A DNA stretch of 64,000 nucleotides. It comes from an uncultured Candidatus Saccharibacteria bacterium. Lineage in GTDB: Bacteria; Patescibacteriota; Doudnabacteria; UBA920. The position numbers and the translations under genes were made by a program. The stretch is taken from the NCBI GenBank assembly GCA_964473815.1, contig CAYYQK010000001.1, positions 179,845 through 243,844 on the forward strand. Reading direction: 5' to 3'. Positions 57,502 to 64,000 of this stretch are shown in pieces. The number at the start of each line of letters is the position of its first letter. The stretch's first letter is position 1. The notes beneath the pieces were generated by a model. The model was not told the DNA's origin, did no database searches, and was given only the letters and a program-made list of their open reading frames with translations.

Positions 57502-58918
57502 AGAAAATCAAGTAAAAACTTTTCGCAAGCACTTTGATGTCCAGCCATAAGGACCAGTTTTCAATATAAAAAGTGTTGATCTTGATTTCTTCATCGAATG
57601 GCAAATCTGGCCAAAGAATTTGCGCGTTTTGAGACAAACCAAACACACCCGGCTTCACGCTAAAGATGCGGAGATTCTGGTCCCGGTATCGTTCGACTTC
57701 TTGAATCATGTGTGCACGCGGACCAACCATGCTCATACTGCCCATTAAGACGTTCCAAAATTGTGGAATTTCGTCTAATTTAGTTTTTCTGATGATGCGT
57801 CCGACTTTAGTAACGCGTGGATCATTCTTAATTTTTAGAAAAGGGCTTTCGTAACCACCGCGAGTATTGTTCCGCCAAAGTTCTTCTCGGACCTTCAGAG
57901 CGCTCTCGCCGCCGTAGTCATCACCATCACTTAAATGCGTGTACATGCTACGAAACTTGTAAAATTCAAAGTCGCGCATGTAACCACCGCGAACTTGTTT
58001 GTATATGGCCGGACCCTTACTGTCTAATTTAACCGCAATGTAAATTATTAAAAACAGTGGTGAGGCGAGAAGCAAACAAATTAAACTAGCCATAATATCG
58101 AAAGCGCGTTTTAAAACTTTGCCCCATCCATCGAGCGGACTATTTTTTAAACTAATTACCGGGATACCAGAATAATTCCCCAGTTCGATAACATTACGCT
58201 GCACTTCAAACAAGTTAGGTACGAAACTAAATTGCAAACCTTTACTACGAGCAAACTCTACCAATTGCGCGCTAGCTTCTTGTGGCAAATAAGGATTGGC
58301 AGACATTAATTCATCAAAATTATATTCTGAATAAGACTTTTCAATTTGTTGAATAATATCTTCGCTGTAATCAATCTCATCCACAACTAAATAACCGTAT
58401 TGTGGGTCACGTAAAATACGCATGATTGCATCTGATTCACTCCCGGCACCGTTAATGATTAGCAAGCGGTGCAACCCATAGCCATGAGTGAAAGAATATC
58501 CCTGAATCTTTTTTAACAAGTACCGACCGATCAAAACGAAAATAGTTGCAAAGAACCAAGTCGCTAAAATAATAAATCGGGACGGAAAAATTGTTTGATT
58601 AAAGAAAAACAATAAGATTACAACCAGTAATCCTAATGAAGTTCCCATGGCAATACGGGCAAGTTCAGACATAAACCTACGAGTCCCCTTTAAATTGTAC
58701 AAACCTAAAATTGCGAACAAGGCAACCAAAACTGGTGCCATCCAAACTATGACAAACAAAAACTCGTGCAAAGACAATTTATAAGCCACGGGACCAACGT
58801 AATACTCAACCTTTTCCACATGTGAGCGGACATAAAAAGAAACAATCCCAGCGCCTATTAGAGAGATAATATCTACTGGGATTGAGAGCAAATTAAAGAG
58901 TAATTCCGCGCGTTTCAT
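57473..58918 (-). CDS. Polyprenyl-phosphate glycosyl-1-phosphate transferase (WbaP/bacterial sugar transferase family), initiating enzyme
   Basis: 481 aa. N-terminal TM bundle and C-terminal PGITG-type domain ([23 protein letters not shown] ... FYKFRSM ... [20 protein letters not shown]). Confidence 0.85.
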   Translation of the reverse strand: MKRAELLFNLLSIPVDIISLIGAGIVSFYVRSHVEKVEYYVGPVAYKLSLHEFLFVIVWMAPVLVALFAILGLYNLKGTRRFMSELARIAMGTSLGLLVVILLFFFNQTIFPSRFIILATWFFATIFVLIGRYLLKKIQGYSFTHGYGLHRLLIINGAGSESDAIMRILRDPQYGYLVVDEIDYSEDIIQQIEKSYSEYNFDELMSANPYLPQEASAQLVEFARSKGLQFSFVPNLFEVQRNVIELGNYSGIPVISLKNSPLDGWGKVLKRAFDIMASLICLLLASPLFLIIYIAVKLDSKGPAIYKQVRGGYMRDFEFYKFRSMYTHLSDGDDYGGESALKVREELWRNNTRGGYESPFLKIKNDPRVTKVGRIIRKTKLDEIPQFWNVLMGSMSMVGPRAHMIQEVERYRDQNLRIFSVKPGVFGLSQNAQILWPDLPFDEEIKINTFYIENWSLWLDIKVLAKSFYLIFFAVKPNDDY

Positions 58919-58967
58919 GGCTTTTATTATACCATTTTGCGACCCGTCTGAAAACAGGTTGAAAATC

Positions 58968-58996
58968 TTGACAAAACCCCTTAAATATGGTAAATT
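58968..58996 (+). promoter_or_regulatory. Sigma-70-type promoter for RNase P RNA (TTGACA-17-TAAATT)
   Basis: TTGACAAAACCCCTTAAATATGGTAAATT about 8-10 nt upstream of the predicted rnpB 5' end. Confidence 0.55.
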
Positions 58997-59005
58997 AGTG
59001 GAGTT

Positions 59006-59300
59006 CTAAGCAAATCGAATGATCGCCCTGGCAGCCAAAAGCCGCTGGGGAGGAAAGTCCGAACACTTAAGTTGATGGCCTCTATAGAGCTATTAACACT
59101 GGTAGCGGGTAACGCCCGCCGAGGGTAACCTTAGAGATGCGAACAGTGACGAATCGTTTCGGAAACGAAACGGGTGAAACGGCTAAATTCTTACCTAAGT
59201 GCAACGTCAAATTTGGTAGACGGCACCGAGGTTGTTGGTAACAACAATCCCAGATAGATGATCATTTAGAAACAAAATTCGGCTTACGAGTTTGCTTAGG
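59006..59300 (+). ncRNA. rnpB: RNase P RNA (bacterial type, compact)
   Basis: Contains GGAGGAAAGTCCGAAC (P4 5' strand / CR-I), GGGTGAAACGG (CR-II-like) and ACAAAATTCGGCTTA (P4 3' strand / CR-IV). P1 pairing CTAAGCAAA ... TTTGCTTAG defines the ends. About 295 nt. Confidence 0.8.
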
Positions 59301-59305
59301 ACAAA

Positions 59306-59345
59306 ACAAAAGTACATGAATAAAGCTCGTGTACTTTTGTTTTAT
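59306..59345 (+). terminator. Rho-independent terminator after rnpB
   Basis: CAAAAGTACATG-AATAAAGCT-CGTGTACTTTTG (12-bp stem) followed by TTTTATTT. Confidence 0.7.
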
Positions 59346-59374
59346 TTCGAAGAAAAATTTGGAGGACAATAAAG

Positions 59375-59671
59375 ATGGGAAAACAAAAACCGGGATGGAA
59401 AATAACTATTCAGGGCGAATCGCTGATTTACGAGTTTGCGGGTAATGAGGAGGAACTGGATAAGTCTTTAGAATTCATTAGTCGAACATACCCAGAGCTC
59501 GACAATGAAAACATCAAAATGGAACGCATCGAATTAAAGATCTGGGGAAGAAAACCGACGAATCAAAATGAGAACGCTCAATCGGAAAATAACCCGGCAT
59601 CTGAGACCGGGCAGTCTGATGAAGCTAGCGCTGAGCATACAGAACTCTCTTCGTCTTCTGATCAATCTTAA
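59375..59671 (+). CDS. Hypothetical small acidic protein
   Basis: 98 aa. GGAGG lies 9 nt upstream of the ATG. Acidic, Ser/Glu-rich C-terminus. No family recognised. Confidence 0.45.
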   Translation: MGKQKPGWKITIQGESLIYEFAGNEEELDKSLEFISRTYPELDNENIKMERIELKIWGRKPTNQNENAQSENNPASETGQSDEASAEHTELSSSSDQS

Positions 59672-59673
59672 GA

Positions 59674-60366
59674 TTAACTTCCCAATCGTCGTTCACGGCG
59701 GTCGTACTCAACGATCGCCTTTTTTAATTCAGGAATTTTAAAATCAGGCCAAAGTAAATCTGTAAAATAGAATTGACTATTGGCTGTGTGCCACATCATA
59801 AATCCTGCTGACCAATGGGGTTCACCGCCAGTACGAATCACCAAATCAACTTCTGGTAATTCCCCTGTCCATAAAGATTGATGCAAAGTTTTTTCAGTGA
59901 CAGTTTTTTCTTTTTTTACTAAAGCATTTACAGCTGCCACCATCTCCCTCTGGCCATCATAACCAAATAACAAAGTAAGATTATTATTTGTATAATGTGC
60001 TGTGTCTTTTTCTAGCTGTTCAGCTAATTGCAAAGTTTTTTTATCAACCATTTTGCGCCACTCGCCTATTATTCTCACACGAGTTTTATTGGCATGAATT
60101 TGCTCGGTCAACTTCGGATTCAAAATCTCTGTCCGAAGCAATTTCATCAAAAAATCAATTTCCAGCTTTGAACGCTTGGTTAAATTGTCGTAAGAGCCCG
60201 CCCAAATAGTTAAGTATTTAACGCCCATTTTGGCAGCCTCAGCAGAAACTTCCCAGAACCGTTTTACACCTTCTTCGTGGCCAGCAGTAGGTCCAAAACG
60301 ATGGGCTTTCGCCCATCGTCGGTTTCCATCTGGAATTATTGCAATGTGATTAGGAATTTTATCCAT
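59674..60366 (-). CDS. uppS: Undecaprenyl-diphosphate synthase (isoprenyl transferase)
   Basis: 230 aa with HIAIIPDGNRRWA and later FSxENxxR-like motifs. Confidence 0.9.
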   Translation of the reverse strand: MDKIPNHIAIIPDGNRRWAKAHRFGPTAGHEEGVKRFWEVSAEAAKMGVKYLTIWAGSYDNLTKRSKLEIDFLMKLLRTEILNPKLTEQIHANKTRVRIIGEWRKMVDKKTLQLAEQLEKDTAHYTNNNLTLLFGYDGQREMVAAVNALVKKEKTVTEKTLHQSLWTGELPEVDLVIRTGGEPHWSAGFMMWHTANSQFYFTDLLWPDFKIPELKKAIVEYDRRERRLGS

Positions 60367-60845
60367 TACATTCCACCATTATCATCAGCTGAAGGACCAT
60401 AAATGGCCGGCACTTTACCACCGGCCAATCGAACATAGACAGAAAGTTGCCCGCGGTGATGAATCATGTCGAGCAAAAGCATGTACACAAAAGCGCCGCG
60501 AGTCATGTCCATTCCCCATGCTGAAAAAGGTAAATTAAAATCTTCTTCAGAAGTTTTTTCAGCTAGTGCCAAAAAATCATCAGCAATAGAATCAAAAGAC
60601 GCGATTCCTTCCGTGATAAAATCAAACTCAGGAACTTTTTTCATAACATCTTCTGGCTGCTTGCCCGCCAAAAAATCCAAGTTCAAAAACATCTCAGCCA
60701 TAAAAGTGCGCAACAAATCTTTTATCGAATTTGAACGTTCATGCGGGCGATAATCCAATTTATCTTCCGGTACAGCCTTTAAAACCTTTAAGGTGATTGG
60801 AATTTCTCGCCGATATGCGCGTATGATATCGTCTTTTGTGATCAT
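60366..60845 (-). CDS. DinB/YfiT-like superfamily protein
   Basis: 159 aa four-helix-bundle metal-binding family. His triad region MLLLDMIHHRGQLSVY. Confidence 0.6.
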   Translation of the reverse strand: MITKDDIIRAYRREIPITLKVLKAVPEDKLDYRPHERSNSIKDLLRTFMAEMFLNLDFLAGKQPEDVMKKVPEFDFITEGIASFDSIADDFLALAEKTSEEDFNLPFSAWGMDMTRGAFVYMLLLDMIHHRGQLSVYVRLAGGKVPAIYGPSADDNGGM

Positions 60846-60849
60846 AAAT

Positions 60850-61221
60850 TTATTGAGTTAATTGTTGTATGTCGCTAGGTTTGATTTGTTGAATTTGTTG
60901 CGGAGTTACACCAGCTCCACCAAGCAAGGCTTTGCCCATAATAATCGTGAAGATTAAAGAAATTACCGTGATTGCCATACATACATAAGCAGTTTGCTTG
61001 CCATCACTTTTGTCACTGGCATAGTAATATATTCCAAACAAAAATCCTGATAATGGTATGCCAATGGATATTAAGTAAGCCCAACGCTTAGCTTTGGTTG
61101 AAACCCGATTTTCATAATCTTGGGTTAACGCATTTTCCAATAAAGCCGCTGTGTCGATGTTCTTATCCTTGGCTAATTCAGCGTAATCGCTTACTAAACT
61201 TTCTAATTTTTCGTCAGACAT
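60850..61221 (-). CDS. Hypothetical two-TM membrane protein
   Basis: 123 aa. Soluble N-terminus then two TM helices. No motif recognised. Confidence 0.35.
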   Translation of the reverse strand: MSDEKLESLVSDYAELAKDKNIDTAALLENALTQDYENRVSTKAKRWAYLISIGIPLSGFLFGIYYYASDKSDGKQTAYVCMAITVISLIFTIIMGKALLGGAGVTPQQIQQIKPSDIQQLTQ

Positions 61222-61263
61222 AAAAAAGAATACCCTTTCGGGTATTCTAGCATTTTCTCAAGT

Positions 61264-62634
61264 TTAATTAAATATCAGCTTGCGTTTTTTGATCGCGAGG
61301 AATATCAAAGTGATAAACCCTGCAAAAACCAATGGAGCGGTTTTATCTACACCAGTTTTTGGAGCGACATAGGTTGGAGTTGTGGCTGCAGTACGAGTCG
61401 GATTGGTTGTTTCTGCAGAATAATTAGCATAAGAAGCCTGATAACCGCTAGCATCATAATTAGATGCGGAAGTAGAAACTCCTGACCAATCTGAGAATGG
61501 ATTTGAAGTAGTTGTAGAATTATTTACCCCAGACCAGTCCTGAAATGGGTTTGAGGCAGATGAGGAGTTATTTACTCCGGACCAACCAGCGAACGGATTA
61601 TTAGCAGAAGTATTGCTTAAGTTATTCACACCGGTCCAATCGCCAAATGGATTGTTATTAGAATTAGATTGTGGGGTTGGAGTAACTGTGGTTACGCCCA
61701 TATTGTTTACACCAGACCAATCACCAAATGGATTATTATTAGTATTAACAGGAGCTGGGGTAACAGTTGTAGAACCCATATTATTTACACCGGTCCAGTC
61801 GCCGAACGGATTGCTGTTGGTAGTAACTGTAGTGGTTGTGGCTGAGTTTGTTGTTCCAGAATTATTCACACCAGTCCAGCCAGCGAATGGATTTGAAGAT
61901 GTATAATTAGTATTATTGTTGTTATTTGTGTAGACAGCCTGAACCTGGTTCAAACACGTAGAAGTGTTGTTTGCGTACGAATAGGTAAACTGAGAATCTT
62001 GAGTTTGAATAATTACTGCATCACTAGCGGAACCAACTCCTGCAGAATAAGCATAGGCGCGTAGAGAACTATACGAACCACCACATACATAGACTTGGTA
62101 AATAATTGTTGCAGTGCCCTTGGCTGGGATTGTAATGTACAATCCGCCCGAAGTTAAATCGCCAGATGCCGAAGTTGCACCGGTCAATCTATAGGTACCA
62201 GTTTTATAAACTGAGCTGTATCCCATTTCATCGGTCACAACTACAGGAGCTGGATTTTTTGAATTATTTTTTACTTCAATTAAAACTTCCACGATTGCGC
62301 CAGAACGTACAAGTGCACTTTCGTGATAATTATCATCTTGGCCAATGCGGCGCACTTTCTTATTGATTTTAATATTACCGTCGTTATAACCAGAGGTTGA
62401 AGAATATGGATCAGAATACCCGTACGACCCATAAGATCCGTAAGATGAGCCCCGACTACCCAAAATACCACCAATAGGATAACCGCCATAGGTGCCATAA
62501 CTACCGTACGAACCATTAGTAGAACCACCAAAAATGTCCGTCCAATCAGCCTTCACTTGCCCTGGCATGGCAAAAACACCCATAAACATAAGGGTTATTA
62601 ACAAATATATAGTTTTAGAGATGAATTGCTTCAT
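61264..62634 (-). CDS. Secreted cell-surface repeat protein with sortase-like C-terminal sorting signal
   Basis: 456 aa. Signal peptide, Gly/Ser/Tyr-rich low-complexity region, seven tandem NPF[AGQS]DW[ST]GVNN repeats, and a C-terminal APKTG-hydrophobic-KKRK tail that looks like LPxTG + TM + positive charge. Confidence 0.55.
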   Translation of the reverse strand: MKQFISKTIYLLITLMFMGVFAMPGQVKADWTDIFGGSTNGSYGSYGTYGGYPIGGILGSRGSSYGSYGSYGYSDPYSSTSGYNDGNIKINKKVRRIGQDDNYHESALVRSGAIVEVLIEVKNNSKNPAPVVVTDEMGYSSVYKTGTYRLTGATSASGDLTSGGLYITIPAKGTATIIYQVYVCGGSYSSLRAYAYSAGVGSASDAVIIQTQDSQFTYSYANNTSTCLNQVQAVYTNNNNNTNYTSSNPFAGWTGVNNSGTTNSATTTTVTTNSNPFGDWTGVNNMGSTTVTPAPVNTNNNPFGDWSGVNNMGVTTVTPTPQSNSNNNPFGDWTGVNNLSNTSANNPFAGWSGVNNSSSASNPFQDWSGVNNSTTTSNPFSDWSGVSTSASNYDASGYQASYANYSAETTNPTRTAATTPTYVAPKTGVDKTAPLVFAGFITLIFLAIKKRKLIFN

Positions 62635-62738
62635 AGCTGGTAAATTAACTTATATTTAACTGACTTTCTATTCTACTATATTTCCGTACTTTTGTCAAGT
62701 AAAAAACCGCCATTTAGGCGGTTTTGTATTTCCGGCGT

Positions 62739-63005
62739 TTAGGTTGTTCGTGTGCCAGCACCGCGGATCGCCTTTACAATTGCTATCAATACTACTGCTC
62801 CGACAATTGCTACTAGCAAACTGTACAAGTTGAATCCTGATACTCCCCCAGCTCCGAGAGCATTCATAATGAAGCCACCAACGATTGCGCCGATGATACC
62901 CACAACAATGTTCATAATTGCACCTTGCTGAGCATCAGTACGCATAATCATTGAAGCGATCCAACCGGCTAATGCGCCAAAGATAATCCAAAGTATAATT
63001 CCCAT
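62739..63005 (-). CDS. GlsB/YeaQ/YmgE-family transglycosylase-associated membrane protein
   Basis: 88 aa. MGIILWIIFGALAGWIASMIM and Gly-rich TM helices typical of the family. Confidence 0.7.
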   Translation of the reverse strand: MGIILWIIFGALAGWIASMIMRTDAQQGAIMNIVVGIIGAIVGGFIMNALGAGGVSGFNLYSLLVAIVGAVVLIAIVKAIRGAGTRTT

Positions 63006-63043
63006 AAATTTAAAGTTTAATTAATTGTTTAAGTTATTAATAA

Positions 63044-63289
63044 TTATTGAGTTGTAGTCGCGCTACCAGAACCTGATCCAGATGGAGTTTTTACATTCAC
63101 ATCGTAAGACTTAGAACTTGAGCTTGTACTGCTCGAACTTGAGCCAGTGTGACGGATTGCAGGTAAACCGTAGACAAAGAACAAGACCAGAACGACTACT
63201 AATACAATTGCACCTATTAAAGTTCCCATGCCGGTGCCGCGAGCTTCACCAACTTCTGCAGTTGGCGGATTATTGATTACTGTTGCCAT
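63044..63289 (-). CDS. Small single-TM protein with Ser-rich tail (hypothetical)
   Basis: 81 aa. One TM helix, then SSSSSTSSSSKS ... GSGSGS. Confidence 0.3.
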   Translation of the reverse strand: MATVINNPPTAEVGEARGTGMGTLIGAIVLVVVLVLFFVYGLPAIRHTGSSSSSTSSSSKSYDVNVKTPSGSGSGSATTTQ

Positions 63290-63307
63290 ATTTATCCTTT
63301 CTTTTAT

Positions 63308-63709
63308 TTAATCTTGTTGGCGCAGCCGGGCTTCTGCCTCGGTCTGCGATACTGGTCTACTCATTGCCACAAGCTTTACGATTGCTAACGCAATGAGAAA
63401 GTAAACCAACATAGCCAACAATGTAGTCCACTCCAATGTACTGCCCACTGTAGTATATGCAGGGGCAGTTGGAATTCGGAACACATTCAAGAACGGTGCT
63501 ACGAATGGCTGAGAAATCGAGTAAATGAAATTGGTAAACCCTGCTTGCGGATTTGCAGCCAAAAGTTTTAGCACAAATCTAAATGCGAGCAAAGCCTCTA
63601 GAATACCAACCATATACCAGACTAACTGAGTCACTCGAAACAATGGTCTAGTCACATATGGTGACGTGCGCGTATTGGTCGATGATGTCGTTACATATGT
63701 TGTTGCCAT
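63308..63709 (-). CDS. YggT-family membrane protein (tentative)
   Basis: 133 aa. FRFVLKLLAANP ... SQPFVAPFLNVFRIPT resembles the YGGT repeat region. Confidence 0.4.
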   Translation of the reverse strand: MATTYVTTSSTNTRTSPYVTRPLFRVTQLVWYMVGILEALLAFRFVLKLLAANPQAGFTNFIYSISQPFVAPFLNVFRIPTAPAYTTVGSTLEWTTLLAMLVYFLIALAIVKLVAMSRPVSQTEAEARLRQQD

Positions 63710-63772
63710 AATCCCTTAATTAATGATTACGGTTAAATCATAAGAAAGGGTTATGAAAAGATCATGAAACGA

Positions 63773-64000
63773 CTATTTTATTTTTTTGGCAAGTGTAGTA
63801 TCGGCAAACTTATGCAGGATTTTCCAATGGCCGTTATTTTGAAGTTCTTCAAAAAATTGCTGACTGGTTTTACTTTGAAGATGGTTGTTGGCCAGAAATA
63901 AAATGCCGCTTTGCTTCAGGAGGCGTTCGTATTCTGGTAAAAACTGATAATGGATTTGGAATCCATCGAAAAAAATAAAATCGTACTGGTTGATTGCTGA
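63773..64000 (-). CDS. Class I SAM-dependent O-methyltransferase-like protein, 3' portion only (5' end beyond window)
   Basis: Minus-strand frame reads ...QYDFIFFDGFQIHYQFLPEYERLLKQSGILFLANNHL...LAKKIK*. The YDFIFIDA-type motif is typical of the O-MTase_3 family. Confidence 0.45.
   Translation of the reverse strand, partial: SAINQYDFIFFDGFQIHYQFLPEYERLLKQSGILFLANNHLQSKTSQQFFEELQNNGHWKILHKFADTTLAKKIK

Overview
This 64 kb window reads as a contiguous, almost entirely minus-strand chromosomal segment of a small-genome, moderately AT-rich bacterium. The gene content and the reduced RNase P RNA suggest a Patescibacteria/CPR-like organism, possibly Saccharibacteria-like, but that is inference only. 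Standard genetic code; TGA is used as a stop codon.

The backbone is housekeeping:
- a complete F1Fo ATP synthase operon (AtpZ-like, atpB, atpE, atpF, atpH, atpA, atpG, atpD, atpC);
- a long cell-wall/division block (serine D,D-carboxypeptidase, mraY, amidohydrolase, murD, ftsW, DUF4012 protein, murJ, then further on murC, patatin-like lipase, murG);
- three GT4 glycosyltransferases plus a priming sugar-phosphate transferase directly upstream of murG;
- secA, secD and secF, lepA, pepN, a family-4 uracil-DNA glycosylase, hpf, uppS and trxA;
- five tRNAs in two minus-strand clusters (fMet, Met/Ile2 and Asp; Thr and Gly) and a compact RNase P RNA with its own promoter and terminator.

Accessory-looking content:
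1. A compositionally mosaic nuclease-rich stretch at 5.9-9.0 kb: a GC-rich small ORF, a PIN gene, a GC-rich NYN gene and an AT-poor unknown 223-aa gene translationally coupled to rmuC, all next to a UvrD-helicase/PD-(D/E)xK-nuclease fusion.
2. A cleanly delimited three-gene unit at 35.9-40.1 kb (consensus promoter -> sigma-70 region 4 + HARE-HTH protein -> single-pass membrane protein -> FtsK/HerA/TraD-like P-loop ATPase with a long disordered tail -> terminator). This is my best candidate for an undescribed system.
3. An unannotated 50-aa Lys/Ala/Arg-repeat histone-like gene.
4. A NUDIX gene split by a 1-nt homopolymer indel.
5. A secreted tandem-repeat (NPFxDWxGVNN x7) protein with a sortase-like C-terminal anchor.

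No CRISPR array, transposase or integrase was seen. Almost all plus-strand ORFs in the supplied track are antisense artefacts of minus-strand genes.
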